Positions 1 to 13,624 of a stretch of 64,000 nucleotides of DNA are shown in pieces (position 1 is the stretch's first letter; each line of letters begins with the position of its first letter). A program made the translations under genes and the position numbers. The notes below the pieces were generated by a model, which saw only the letters and a list, made by a program, of their open reading frames with translations, did no database searches and had not been told where the DNA came from. Source of the stretch: Hemiscyllium ocellatum (Eukaryota); the NCBI RefSeq assembly GCF_020745735.1, contig NC_083412.1:66678320-66742319 (forward strand), read 5' to 3'.

Positions 1-914
1 GCAATAGGATTAGAAACATTTCCACCAATCTTACAGGTTCCGTAACTTCCTTTCCATTGATAGTATGAAGCAATTTTCTCTACTTTCTGGGTTCCTCCAT
101 GAACCTAGGAAGCTCATGAAATCTTTTACCAATTGCCCTTTATCAACTGGTGAACAACGGTTTGTTTCAGAATCAGTAATTCTCTTGGAACTAGTTGAAC
201 ACCTGCTTCTGCATGGATGTTGAGATCAAGCCATGTTTACTGGCTCAAAACTGAAAACTGTTGATTATGGATTGGGTAAGCACTATCAACTTTTATGCCT
301 TTTGTGCTGCAATGTTACTTATATCATAGCTTTGCTGTTGAGAACTATTCCAACTGCAGCAAGCAGTCTCATCTCTGTAGGCTGTAATTTCCGCTCCTTC
401 AGCTATGGTATTTGATCTGATAGGACAGTGACACTTGTTCATGGATCAAGCTTAAATTAATAACATCAATAGGTATTAAAAAAAATGTTCTGTCAAACAC
501 GGGCCTGTTGCATCACTAATTTCCCTTAGATATTCTTCTGGTATGTTTTTCCAGTGGTGGTTTTTCTATAGTATCATACTCTTTACAAGTGTAACCTCTA
601 CCACAATAACTGCTTTGAAACTGAGTCCTACTTCTGCACATCTTCTAGACCTACAGTTTTACAGAAGTAGCATTCTTTTGTCAGAGCTGCATGCTGCTTG
701 GGCTTGTGACTTTTCTGCTCCACAGCCTTGACACCGACTCTCAGTATCTGCTGTTTGCCTATCCTTTGTGTTGGCTTGTGAGTGTGTCTTTTATACTTTA
801 TAAAATGGATAGATTCTGGTGCTCTCCAGTTGTTAGATTGTCCTTCTGGATTTCTGAACACTCAGGATTTGTTTTTGACTTCCTGGTTTCTGTTTCAAAC
901 ACAATATCAATAAA

Positions 915-1383
915 TCAACCGCCCTGTGGCTGAACACTTTAACTCCCCCTCCCACTCCGCCAAGGACATGCAGGTCCTTGGCCTCCTCCATCGCCAGACC
1001 ATGGCAACACGATGCCTGGAGGAAGAGCGCCTCATCTTCCGCCTAGGAACCCTCCAACCACAAGGGATGAATGCAGATTTCTCCAGCTTTCTCATTCCCC
1101 TCCCCCAACCCTTGGACTCAGCACCACTTTCATGATCTGCAATCTTCTTCCCAGCCTCTCCGCCCCCAACCCCTCTCCCGCCTACCACCCTCACCTTAAC
1201 CTCCTTCCATCTATCGCATTCCCAACGCCCGTCCCCCAAGTCCCTCCTCCCTACCTTTTATCTTAGCCTGCTTGGCACACCTTCCTCATTCCTGAAGAAA
1301 GGCTTATGCCTGAAATGTCGATTCGCCTGCTCCTTGGATGCTGCTTGACCTGCTGCGCTTTTCCAGCAACACATTTTTCAGCT
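915..1383 (+). mobile_element. Penelope-like element 3' fragment (GIY-YIG C-terminus, 3' UTR, terminus)
   Basis: ORF 926..1135 (AEHFNSPSHS...LEEERLIFRLGTLQPQGMN) matches the other PLE copies. Flanked by 14-bp TSD acaatatcaataaa (901-914) / acaatttcaataaa (1384-1397). Confidence 0.88.
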
Positions 1384-2369
1384 ACAATTTCAATAAAGAC
1401 AACTTTCATTAGACAATTACGTTTGACAAAGACTTATCAATAATTTCAGCAACAATTCTACTTCTTATGAATTCTGATCTCAAAGTTTTCAAAGAAATAA
1501 GGTTATCTACTGATCCTCGAGGATTTTGAATTCTTCTGTTAAATCTTGCTCTTTTCAAGGAATTTGCATGAACTTCATAATGAAGTAACCGTCTGTTAGA
1601 TCTTATATTTTCCAATGGGAGTCTGAGTCTGGTGGTAGATTAGATATAGCTTTATTTTGGTACAACTCTATTACAATTTCAGATTTTCTTTTCAGTAAGA
1701 CACACAAAAACCTCAGATTGTATACAGTGAAAACTTAGAGGGCACAGGCCCAACCCCCATATGACTGGTCAGAGGTGCCCAGTTATCCCTCTGTGATTGG
1801 CTGTCTGGTACAGCACCATAAAGCCACGGACAGGCTGGTGATCCAGCCTCGGTGATGATGTTTTCACAGATTTTAATGATAGAAGGGGCCATTTCTATTG
1901 CCTGAAACCTTTCTTTTGGTGATTTTTTTGTATATATGTGGATCTGTAGCAAAATGGAATCTATATCTATGATTATCAGAAGAATTTTAACTGAAACCTA
2001 CTCTTGATTTTGTAACAGGTTGATTAAATAATTCAAGAAAAACAACTACTTAATGTCAAATGTTCTTATCCATGTAAGAATTTGCAGCTGCACATTCCAT
2101 CCTAGCCAGTAACCTTAATTAAACAGTCTTGCTGTTGCTTGACTTGCTGGGACTACGTTAAGAAAATATTTTCTCAAGGCTGAATATCCACTGTCAGCCA
2201 TGTTCTGCTGCAGAATCAGTCAGGGGCAGTTCGCGACCATTCTATGCTGCTCTGTCATGGGCATCACTAACAATCCCCATGTTGATTTCCTCTTAAGTGA
2301 ATCACAAAGTACACAAGTATGTAGTTATATATACAAGATAGGCTTTCTATGCAAGAATGTTTGCCACAC

Positions 2370-3650
2370 AGGTTGCTTATATTTAAGGAGCCTAACCTAC
2401 GGGGCTGCGGCACCTGTTGGCAACAGCATTTGATATAACGAAAACAAATAATACCTAATGAGAATTACTACAATGAATTACACTGTATCCTGCACCGGGT
2501 AGGTTCCCAAACATCCCAACCAGCCTGTTGCCCAACTTCACAGCGTGAAAGATGGGAGTTGTTTTAGTTTATCCATTTCCTTCCTAATGTGCGCTGCCAG
2601 GTCAGTGATTCCCTCAGAGTTGTCAGGGATGTGGGTACACAATTCTGTTCCGGTCAGAGCACAAGTGCCTTCTTTCTCCATTAATATCAAATCAAGGGCC
2701 ATCTTGTTCTGCAAAGCTGTTTGCCAGATGGCCACCATTTCAATGCTAATCTTATCTAAAGGTTGGGCTATATCATTGGCTACTTGTTCTAGGAGAGCTA
2801 TCATGTTAATTGGTTCCCTTGTCAGTTTGGCTGTTCCATACCAGGGGAGTAGGATGAAAAAGAACTTCTCAGTTTCCATGATAGCTCTCTTAACCCTTTG
2901 CCTGTCTATTGTATTTCAGATATGGAGGACTATGATGGAAGAAGGGATGATGTAACTCAAGTAACACAACCCAGTTCATGCTGGGGATAAACAGGCATAG
3001 ATCTTGTGGCCACACACTGAGTTTGTATTGTTGTAAGGAGTAACCCTAGTTATTATCTCGGGATACCATCTTTGCTGGAAAGTACCTTTGCTGGTGAGGT
3101 TTTGGAATGTCAGGAGGGTGGAATATGCACCCTAGGCTACATTCCAATATTGAGAACACTTGTTGTATCCCATCTCCTGCCCTACCGTCCGGATTCTACA
3201 TAAATATATCCCTCCTGCTGGTCTCCTCATTCCAGAGGTGTTGGCAAGGGTCAAGAATGGGGGTTGTTATGAGGTGCTGTAATTAGTCTGACACCACCTC
3301 TGAAAGATGGCTAGGGTGTAACCTGTTGGCACTCACTGCTTTTGGGGGTCAGCCTTGTGCACACAATACACCCCTGTCCCTGCTGAGGACCGCCGTGCCA
3401 GTGGTACCGGATCCTCTGAGGACGTGTTCTGGTGAATTACCCATTTTGCCATTTTTTTGGATGCATTAAAAGGAATGGGTCTTAAAGGGATGCCCTCTTT
3501 CGAGTGGGTGGGAATGTGGGACCATACCCAGCAACTGGAAACATTAACTTGTTCAGCATAGATGTAGAACATGTACATTGCGTGCAATTCCCTTTTCCTT
3601 CATCTCCCTTCTGGTGCAGTGGTTGGCAAGTTACTAGTAGGCAAACACTC
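2370..3650 (-). pseudogene. env: Decayed endogenous retrovirus envelope gene (class I, gamma/epsilon-type SU-TM)
   Basis: In order on minus: NVSSCWVW..P..G.PL..P.N (CWVC-like SU motif, ORF 3333..3587); VCGHKIYACLSPA*TGLCYLSYIIP; furin site RVKR (2897-2886); immunosuppressive domain LQNKMALDLILMEKEGTCALTGTELCTHIPD (ORF 2538..2879); L*SWATGWLG; hydrophobic anchor; IKCCCQQ tail. Contains stops and frameshifts. Confidence 0.9.
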
Positions 3651-3696
3651 AAACACTCAATAATATAACAGGTCTTAAAACTTTAAATTTAGCTGT

Positions 3697-6010
3697 GGGG
3701 ATAGTTTTCTAGAGCAATATATCATGGAGCCAACCAGGGAGCAGGCCAACTTTGATTAGGTAATAAATAATGAGGCTGGTTTGATCAACAACTTCCAAAT
3801 AAAAACTTTCTGAGAAGTAGTGATCATAACATGATAGAATTTAATATTCAGTTTGAGAGTCAGAAACCTGGGTCAGAAACAACAGTGTTTAACTTAAATA
3901 AGGGGAATTACAAAGGAATGAGGATAGAATGAGCTAAAATAGATGAGATGGTTAGATTAATGGGAAAGACAGTCAGTAAGCAATGGCAGGCATTTAAGGA
4001 GAAATTCACGACTCCCAGTAAAACATATCCCAGTCAGGGGAAAAGATTCAAAGGAAGGGATAAACAAACCATGGCTAATCACGGAAATTAAGGACAGTAC
4101 AATGTTGAAACAAAAAGCATATAAGGTAAAAGTCAGTGATAATGTTGAAGACTGGGATAAATTCAAAATCCAGCAAAAATGAACTAAAAAGATAATAAAG
4201 AGAGAGAAAATTAACTACAAGGGTAAACTAGTGAGGAATATAAAAATTGACAAACAGATTTTCTTTACATATATAAAAAGGAAGAGAAAAGTCCTTTAGA
4301 AAATGTATCTGGAGAGATAGTTATGGGGAACAATGAAATGAAAGAGGAGTTAAACAGATATTTTGCATCAGTCTTTATGGTGAGAGATACTTTGAATATG
4401 CCATACTAAAGAGTATTGGGGGAGGGAGGGTGGAAATTAAGTACCATCACCATCACTATAGAAGTAATGTTACACAAACTAATGGGGCTGAAGGGAGTTA
4501 AGTCCCTTGGCCCTAATGGCTTGCATCCTAGGATCCAAAAGGAGGCAGCTACAGAGATAGTTTACTGGGAGGTACTGATATGTTAAGTAAGTGGGCAAAA
4601 CGTTGGCAAATGGAGTATAATATGAGAAAATGTGAAGTTCATTTTTGAAGGGACAGTATTATTTAAATAGAGGAAAACTGCAGAATCTGTGCCAAAAAGG
4701 GACTTAGTGTTGCTGTGCATGAAATACAGAAAGGCTAATGGAATATTGGTCTGAGTTTAAAGGAGTTAGAGTGTAAGAGTGCGGAAATCTCACTGCAAAT
4801 GTACAAGGTGCTAGTGAGAGCACAGCTGGAGTACTGTGAGCAGGGTTGGTCCCCTTTAGTTTAGGAAAGATATCATTTCATATGCTGTTCAGAGCTAAGC
4901 AGGTTGGCACTCATTGGAAACTAGAAGACTGAGAGGTGATCTCATTGAAACATATCAGATTCTTGAGTTGCTTGACAGGATAAATGCTAAGAGCATATTT
5001 TCCCTCATGAGAGAGTCTAGGATAAGAGGGCATTGCTGAAAATGTGCTGCTGGAAAAGCACAGCAGGTCAGACAGCATCCAAGGAGCAGGAGAATCGACG
5101 TTTCGGGCATGAACCCTTCTTCAGGAATGAGGAAAGTGTGCCAAGCAGGCTAAGATAAAAGGTAGGAAGGAGGGACTTGGGGGAGGGGTGTTGGAAATGC
5201 GATAGGTGGAAGGAGGTTAAGGTGAGGGTGATAGGCCAGAGTGGAGATGGGGGCGGAGAGGTCAGGAAAAAGATTGCAGGTTAGGAAGGTGGTGCTGAGT
5301 TTGAGGGTTGGAACTGAGACAAGGTGGGGGGAGGGGAAATGAGGAAACTGGAGAAATCTGCATTCATCCCTTGTGGTTGGAGGGTTCCTAGGCGGCTCAA
5401 CTCCCCCTCTCACTCCATCAAGGACATGCAGGTCCTTGGACTCCTCCATCACCAGACCACAGCAAAACGACAGCTGGAGGAAGAGCGCCTCATCTTCTTC
5501 CTAGCTCATACCCGAAATGTCAATTCTCCTGCTCCTTGGATGCTGCCTGACCTGCTGCGCTTTTCCAGCAACACATTTTCACCTCTGATCTCCAGCATCT
5601 GCAGTCCTCACTTTCTCCTCATAAGAGGGCATTGTCTTAGAATAAAGGGGCACTAGTTTGAGACTGAGATGAAGAGGAATTTCTTCCCTCAGAGGGTTGT
5701 GAGTCTTTTGACTACCTTGCCACAGAGAGCTATTGGGGCAGAGTCCTTGAGTATACATAAGCTGAGATAGATTCTTGATCAGTCGGGGAATCAAGGGCTA
5801 AAGGGGAATGGTGGAAAACTGGATATGAGGAATGTCTGACCAGCCATGATCCTATTGAATGGCAGGATAATCTTGAAGGGCTGAATGGCTGAATTCCTCT
5901 TCATCTCAGTATCAAACTAGTGCCCCTTTATTTTAAGACAATGCCCTCTTATGAGGTTAAAGTGAGGACTGCAGATGCTGGAGAATGGCCCTGTTCCTAT
6001 TTCTTATGGT
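3697..6010 (+). mobile_element. Decayed CR1 LINE (ORF2 fragments to 3' tail), interrupted by a PLE at 5036-5620
   Basis: Degenerate FLEQYIMEPTREQA, KSxGPxGLHPR, WAKRWQMEYN, YKVLVRxxLEY and RLRGDLIETY motifs; tail ending tatttcttatgg. Confidence 0.8.
5036..5620. mobile_element. Penelope-like insertion with inverted arrangement (minus arm 5036-5395, plus arm 5396-5620)
   Basis: PLE termini in opposite orientation at the two ends. Perfect 14-bp TSD ataagagggcattg at 5022-5035 and 5621-5634. Confidence 0.88.
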
Positions 6011-7199
6011 TTTAAGGTCTGGTTTCCTGCTTCCTGGCAGCTTTCCCACTTCCTGCAGACATTATGAATGTTTCCTTTTTTTAAAGACAAAATTTTCCCA
6101 GATTTCATAATGCAAAACACAATGCAAGCCCTTTGCACATTTCTTAAAATAATCTTCTGTGGCTGCATTCTTAACAAATCTTCACACCAAAATCACAAAG
6201 TAAATTATGAATGTCCCAGTTTATTAGAATCCTTAAGTAGAATCTTACATTTGATTTTGTTTTCAAATTACCCATTAGTCATCTCAGATATACCCTTGTG
6301 ACCTTTTGATACTGAGGTTCTTGGTTTAAAGAAATAAATCACTGGACCTTGTTTTGTCCAGTGTAGACTTCTCTCATGGAATGTGCTTGAGAGTAACTCC
6401 TTTTCACCTTCTATCCTTCCCAGCATTTCCTTTTGAACTATTATTTTAAAACTTTTCTCCTTGCCCATAGGAATTTCTATCTTTACTCATGGGGCTCTGC
6501 ACTGTTCTCCCAGATCTTTCTTCTGTATGAACTCTGTAACTTCCCAATATGAGTATTCCTGTCTTCGCCCACACTGTTATCCTGTTACTCTTGCCAACTT
6601 AGAGGTGAAGGCTTTCACCTGAAGGGTTGCTTTTGCCCTGCTGCTACTTCTAAGAATGCTACTGACCTTTCCTTTGCTATTGTAATGTCATAAAATGTAA
6701 ATTGGTAAACTCACTTCTGAAATATTCTCCTCCTTGAGCAAATGGATTTTTTTTCTCTGTTGTTATATAAATTATTTTTACAATGAATCTACTGTTGATC
6801 ACCATGTCATTTGATGAAGTATGAACCATTAATTGCTCTTGATTGAGGTAAGGTGGTGTCACCAACCCATATTTCTGTGCTTTGAAACATAAAGTTAACA
6901 AATAGTTAAACTGCCACTGATGGGGTACCAATCCTCCTTTCTCAACTGAGTCTAAAGGCCTTTGAAATTAACAACAGTGGAGAATAAAATACTGAATCTT
7001 AATGAGAGAAGCACTGATTTTAACAAGATGTCTGTTTTATACAATAGCATTAAGTACAAGTTACACTGCCTAGGTAGGCATAATTACAAAGTCCAACAGA
7101 AGACGGTAATGATACCATTGCTGGGATCTCTTGCTAGACTGCTTCTTCTCAACCCAAAGGTTTTGTGACATTATCAGATTAGGTAGACTTCAATAACAG

Positions 7200-7435
7200 C
7201 TTCAATATTGACTCCTTCAGAACCAATAACTTATAAGACTTATCTCAACTATTCTTCTTCAAAGTATTGACGTGGCATCTTCCATATCCATTTGACAAGG
7301 TAATTAAGGCCTCAGATTGATATCTTAACCAAAAGTATTCATTCAGTACTGCAAAGGAATGGCAACTTTAAACTTTGTCTTGAATGGAAGCCTAAACTTA
7401 CAACCTTCTGATGAAAACGCTACCAACTAAGCAAT
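7200..7435 (-). mobile_element. Probable old DeuSINE/SacSINE1-like SINE remnant
   Basis: Degenerate resemblance from memory to the Deu-core and head (ggcctcagattgatatcttaacc...cagtactgc...acaaccttctga...gctaccaactaagc). Confidence 0.35.
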
Positions 7436-8797
7436 ATCTGATATGGCCATACATTAGAGATTTACAATTTCTAACTAACATCTGCAGGTAACTCATGCTA
7501 AATGACTGAAAATAATTTTCAATGAAAGTATAAAACTTATTTTGTGGCGGCACTGTCAGCATTTCCTGTTAAATTATTCAAACTTTTCCAATTAGCGTCC
7601 TTGCATTCTAATTTTGCAGCTTAATATTTAAAGCTTTCCTTTCAGGCCTACAAATCAATCAAGTATAATCAATCAAAGCAATTCAGTCAAGTATAAATTT
7701 CAGGCTGTAATCTTTGTTTCAGTATTACAGTATCACATTAAGGAGCTGTAATTACTGCTGTACAAAACATGGTCTGCAACATAATGTTGCTGAGGTGCAC
7801 AGCATTTACTGTGCATCGTTATAAGGTGGGAGGCTTTCATTGTCTTAGTGAAATCTAACTGCTCAGACAGATGACTTCTAGTACACAAGTCCAAGAAGCT
7901 TGTTTTAAGCAGGTAACTTCCAGTAAGAGTGTATAAATATTCTTTAGTAACCTTCTAGAAGCATCAAGTCCATATCTCCTCAGTCTGTTAAATGAAACAA
8001 TTATAACAATCCCTCAAGCACCCATCCGTGGATTGAAATTTCCGACATTTTGGCAAAGTGCTATTTTCAGGAAATTTCATGAAGTGTTTCTGTCATGGCT
8101 CATTGTGAGTTTTCTCCCACAATCTCATACTCAGCCGGAGTGACATGGCTCATTGATGCTGGGACACTGCACTGTTCATGTCCATGCCACATAGTATGCT
8201 TCATCGGGCAACGTGCACTGGAATTACCATCACTGTAAATTCATTGTTACAATACGTATATTTCTATCCCTATTGAACACCAAATGGCCTCTCTTCCATT
8301 ATGCAAACACCAGGGGTGTCACCACACAACACCCACCCACCTCACACCATCAACTCCTCCTCCCCCTCTAACAAAGAAGTTATAGATCCCTAAGAGGATG
8401 CATTCATAAAGGATGTCTCCTCCGCCCTCTAGCAGCAAAAATAATGATACCCTGGTGGGCTCTGTTTTCAGTTTAGATTCGGGAGCATATTGAGCAGCAA
8501 ATCATTGGCATGTCTCTGCAGTCAGCCGAGGAAGAAAGGTGCCAGGCTATGGGCATCCAGAGGACTGCTGGAGACCGGGCACTTGGGAATGCTCAGGTAG
8601 AAAGTGACTCCATGGTAGTGGCTGTGAGTAATTTGATGCGAATGGACACACAAGGTCACAGCGGGCAGTGTTTGTCAGAGTCATTCAGTAACTGGATCAA
8701 ATGTTGGGCGAATGCACCAGTGTGATTAATACTGTGATGCCTCTAGCTAACATGCTTCTGGTTGTCTCCATGGACAGGTTGGCAGTTGCCATGAAGA

Positions 8798-9645
8798 GCT
8801 GAGAGTGTATTGCTGGAAAAGCACAGCAGGTCAGGCAGCATCCGAGGAGCAGGAAAATCGACGTTTAGGACATAACCCCTTCATCAGGAATGAGGCTTGT
8901 GGGTCAGGAGGACTGAGAGATAAATGGGAGAGGGGTTGGGGCTGAGGGAAGGTAGCTCAGAATGCAGTTAGGTAGATGAAGGTGGGGGAAAAGGTGATAG
9001 GTTGGAATGAAGGGTGGAGTGGATAGGTGGGAAGGAAGATGGACAGGTCAAGAGGGCGGTGCCAGGTTGGAGGCTTGGGACTGGGAAAAGGTTGGGGGAG
9101 GACTGAGGAAACTAGTGAAGTCCACATTGATTTCCGCATTGGTTCCTGTGGTTGCACAGTCCCAATGCAGAAGATGAGGCATCGGGTGGTTAGGGATTGG
9201 CGATGGAGGAGGCCCGGGTGGCAGGAGCAGGCTGAAACAATGGATCAACCGGGGCAGTCAGTTTTGTGAATCTTGTGTATGAGGTAGAATCGGGTGGTGT
9301 GGGTTCTCAGATTGTGAGATTGGAGGCTCTGGGTGGGAGATCCCCAGAGGTGGTGAGGTTATAGATGATCTGGGAGATGGCGGTTTGGTGATGGGAGGTG
9401 ACGTCATGGTCGAGGGGGCAGTAGAAGGAGGTGTCTGCGAGTTGGCACCTGGCTTCAGCAGTGTAGAAGTTGGTGTGCCAAACTGCCATTGCACTCCCAC
9501 ACCCCCTTGTCTGCTGGTTTGATGGTGAGGTTGGGGTTGGAGCAGAGGGAGTGGAGGGCTGCGTGTTGCGAGGGTGAGAGGTTGGAGTGGGTGGGGGGGG
9601 GTGGACAGGTTGAGGCAGTCTATATCATGGCAGCAGTTGGAAATG
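8798..9645 (-). mobile_element. Penelope-like element fragment with internal deletions
   Basis: Terminus gaaaagcacagcaggtcaggcagcatcc, C-rich 3' UTR on minus, ORF-derived segments similar to other PLE copies. Confidence 0.75.
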
Positions 9646-11282
9646 AAGAGATCAAGGACAGGTTACTTGCCATAAAGAGCCAGTATCAGGTGAATGCTCA
9701 GTTGCTGCCAGAAACGCATGTAGATGTATACTCCATCCCTTCAGATATTTGTACTCAGCATCGTGGAATCATAGTACAGGAGATGCCGTTTGGCCCATCA
9801 GGTCTGCACCAACAAAAAAACACTAAATCTACACAAATGCCAAGGCAACTGGGGGGATGATGGACCTTGTCCGCATTCTAAGTGATCTTTCCTCTCAAGG
9901 AGATGCAATGTTTCTAGAGAGCTCCCTGATAAAGGCGCAAACCACAAACAGCACACCCCTCCAAGAATTGTGTTCTCAAGCCACTCCAGAGGTGCCTGTC
10001 CTTCTACTTTCACTCAGTCTCCAATCCCCAGTCCTACGGAAATTACAACTGAGCAAGATGAGCCTGCATCTGGGCAGGGTCCTTTCAGAGCATCTTGGTT
10101 CTTGAGTCACAAATACCCCTGGGGTTGTCTGCCCACATATTCCAGGCTAACGGGGTCCACCACAGAGCAGGCTCCCTCCACCCCAACCATGGACTGTGAG
10201 AATTCATTTAGATGCAGTAGGAAGGAGAGGAGTGAACTCTCCGAGGATGGATAGGTATCATGGGTGAGGTAAAATTAACATCCTTTCACATTTGTAAAGC
10301 AAAATGCATGTTTAATCTTCACACATCTGGTGGATGCTCATCTTAGCTGTAGAATCTGGCTACTATGTCAGAGTCATGTAAACTTTTGTATGTCCCAATG
10401 ATTATAGAAGTTATATTAGTGAAGCATTTCTTATCGCTGATAAGCATACTAGATAGCAGCGGATATCAAACATCCTTCTACCCTAGCATTCATAAATGCA
10501 TCCAAGACTTGACAATTTAGTGAAGAGAGCACTGAGGCCAAATGGAATGGGAATGCCATGTGACAGGGCCTGACCTGTGACCTAAAGTGTTTCACTAGGT
10601 GACTATTCATTAAAGTATGCTTCTCTCAAGTCAGAGGTAGTTTCCATCCATCTGTTTTACAAAGGCGCACACGCTCATTCAAGGTTGGGTGATGTCCAAT
10701 GCTCTATTGTCATCAAAACTGTGTCTCTGGAAAAAGATTCTGCAAGTGCAGCTTTGTAAGTTCAGATTTTGGAGAGAATTTCAGTATTTTGATACAACAC
10801 TGAAGGAACGGCAATATATTTCTGAAGGGTTAAAAGGCTTCAGTTAGCCAAGGAACCGCTCAGATTTATCAGGTGGGAATTGGCGACGATTAGTTTCTCA
10901 CAAATGCTTGGGGAGTTGCAAATTCCATAGAAATGAAATGAGATGAGCCAATAATAAGATGCAAATACATTGAAATAAAGTGGTCTCTGCTCATTAATGA
11001 GATTCTGATATAGCCATTAAAATATTAAGCAGAAAATCAAACTTACATATCTTGATATCAAGAATTGCATATTTCTCATTCTCACTGTATTTTCCCAAAC
11101 CTATTGCCATTATCAATGTTATTCAGATGCTGAGAAAATTCCACTTCCTATGTTTAAAGAATTGTTTTCATAACAATATTTAAATTGAAGAAACTTCAAT
11201 TAGGTACATGTACACAGTGTTTGGGCCCCAACTCAAACAATCTATATCAGTGACTTGCATATTGATGACATTGATGCAACCT

Positions 11283-11505
11283 TTCCACATTTGCTAACAA
11301 CACACATCTAGGTGGGAATGAGGGTTGTGAGAGGGATGTGTAGAGGACTGCGGGGGATTTACACAGGCCAAGTGAGTGGACAAAGACATGGTGTATGAGC
11401 TATAGTGTGGAAAATTGTAAAGTCGTCCGTTTTGTAAACAAATGCAGATTATTTCTTAAACAGTGAGAGATTAGGAAGTGTCGGTGTCCAAAGGGAACTG
11501 GGTCT
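11283..11505 (+). mobile_element. Short decayed CR1 RT fragment
   Basis: Degenerate FADDTKLGG...LQxDL...W...YxVxKCxV motif. Confidence 0.55.
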
Positions 11506-11904
11506 CTTTTAGTTCGTAATTTACTGCTGTGAGATCATTTTCAACTAACGATCAAAATCGATGAGTGGCAAAAGTAGCCTCCTTTATTCAGAAATCACAA
11601 GTAGCACGAGTAGCACAAGTTCAAGGCAATGGAATCCCGAAATACAGTTCTTACACAAGCCCCTTTATGCACAGTTTTTACATACGTTAAATTCCATTAT
11701 TATGGTGTTACAATTTTTATCTCTAGTCCACAAAAGTTTGAGGGGCTTCTGTCCTGGGAGACAGGAAATGGGTTAAAACATGTGCTAGGGCTGGCTGTTA
11801 CGTCTGGTAGGATTAAGAGCGTCTGTCCCGTCTTGCATAATTAAGAGGTGTTAGTCCTTTTGTCTTTTAAGTTAGTAAATGTGAGTAAAAATACTAGGCC
11901 TATA

Positions 11905-13190
11905 TAGAATCATCGAGTCATAGAGATGTACAGCACAGAAACAGACCCTTCGGTCCAACTCATTCATGCTGACCAGATATCCGAACTTAATCTAATCCCA
12001 TTTGCCAGCAATTGGCCCCTATCCCTTCATATTCATATACCTATCCAGATGCCTTTTAAATGTCGCAATTAGACCAGCCTCAACCACTTCTTCTGGCAGC
12101 TCATTCCATAAACACACCACTCTCTGTGTGAAAAAGTTGCCTCTTAGATCCCTTTGATATCATTCCCCTCTCATTCAAAATCTCTAGTTCTGGACACACC
12201 TACCCCAGGGAAAAGACCTTGTCTATTTATCCTATCCATGCCCCTCACAGTTTTATATACACCTATAAGGTCACCCCTCAGCCTCCGATGCTGCAGGGAA
12301 AACAGCCCCAGCCTGTTCAGCCTCTCCCTGTAGCTCAAATCCTCCAACCCTGGCAACATCCTTGTAAGTCTTTTCTGAACCCTTTCAAGTTTCAAAACAT
12401 CTTTCCAATAGGAAGGAGACCAGAATTGCACACAATATTCCAACAGTGACCTAACCAGTGTCCTGTACAGCCGAAACATGACTTCCCAACTCCTGTACTC
12501 AGTACTCTGACCAATAAAGGAAAGCATATCAAATGCCTTCTTCACTATCCTATCTACCTGTGACACTACTTTCAAGGAACTATGAACCTGCACTCCAAGG
12601 TCTCTTTATTCAGCAACACTCCCCAGGACCTTAACATTAAGTGTATAAGTCCTGATAAGATTTGCTTTTCCAAAATGCAGCACCTCGCATTTATCTAAAT
12701 TAAACTCCATCTGCCACTTCTCAGCCCATTGGCCCATCTGATCAAGATCCCATTGTACTCTGAGGTAACCTTTTTCACTGTCCACTACACCTTCAATTTT
12801 CGTGTCATCTGCAAACTTATTAGCTATACCTCCTATGTTCATATCCAAATTATGCATATAAATGACGAAAGGTAATGGACCCAGCGCCGATCCTTGTGGC
12901 ACTCCACTGGTCATAGGCCTCCAGTCTGAAAAAACAACCCACCGTCACCATCTTTGCCTTCCACCTTTGAGCCACTTGTGTATCCAAATGGCTGGTTCTC
13001 CCTGTATTCCATGAGATCTAACCTTGCTAATCAGTCTACCATGAGGAACCTTGTTGAGTGCCTTACTGAAGTCCATATAGATCACGTCCACTGCTATACC
13101 CTCATAATCCTCTTTGTTACTTCTTCAAAAAACTCAATCAAGTTTGTGAGACATAATTTCCCCCTCACAAAGACATGCTGACTATCCCTA
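11905..13190 (-). mobile_element. CR1 LINE, 5'-truncated (RT C-terminal half and 3' tail)
   Basis: ORFs 12606..12914 (SGVPQGS.LGP...FADDTKI) and 12171..12593 (YRTLVRSLLEYCVQFWSP); tail repeat ctctatgactc. Confidence 0.93.
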
Positions 13191-13624
13191 ATCAGTTGTG
13201 CTCTAAAAAAGTTGGAAATTGTACCTGTACTTAATAAAAGAATAAAGAATATTAAACTGATTACTGCAGCTGGGTTGTGAGATTTATTTACTATTTGCTG
13301 GCATGAATTTCATTCATTTGTGCAATTTCACTTAAGCGCTGTTTTGACAGTTAGTTGCTTAAAGGGATAACAGCCCAGTTAAAACATATTTGACAAGTAC
13401 ATACTAACAGGGGAAATTATTTGGTGTTCTTTTATCTATTCAGACTCTGGAGATTGTTGGTAAGTGCTGATCAATATTATAATGCCTCATGGAGACATGA
13501 AGGCAGATAAGGTATTGCTCTCAACGCTACACTTATTCAGAAATAGCAAGAACTGATAAGGTATGAAAATGCAGTAATGGCTTTGAAAGGGCTATTTTAA
13601 TTAGAAAAGGTTGTTTTAAATTTG

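Noticed and set aside
540-1740. Purine-rich, coding-like minus-strand stretches either side of the first PLE (ORFs 628..861, 1409..1615)
   Set aside because: Removing the insertion does not give one open frame; several stops, no recognisable domain. An old pseudogene cannot be excluded.
6270-6960. Possible minus-strand exons (strong donor CAGAA|GTGAGT near 6715; ORFs 6268..6468, 6677..6931)
   Set aside because: No consistent exon chain or recognisable protein; acceptors are weak.
8330-10760. Possible decayed Harbinger/Myb-SANT-type DNA transposon around the PLE
   Set aside because: Only a general compositional impression; no catalytic motif or TIR could be read.
11500-11850. CpG-richer segment with a strong minus-strand acceptor and AATAAA (LTR or terminal exon?)
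   Set aside because: No TG..CA/TSD boundaries and only short frames after the acceptor.
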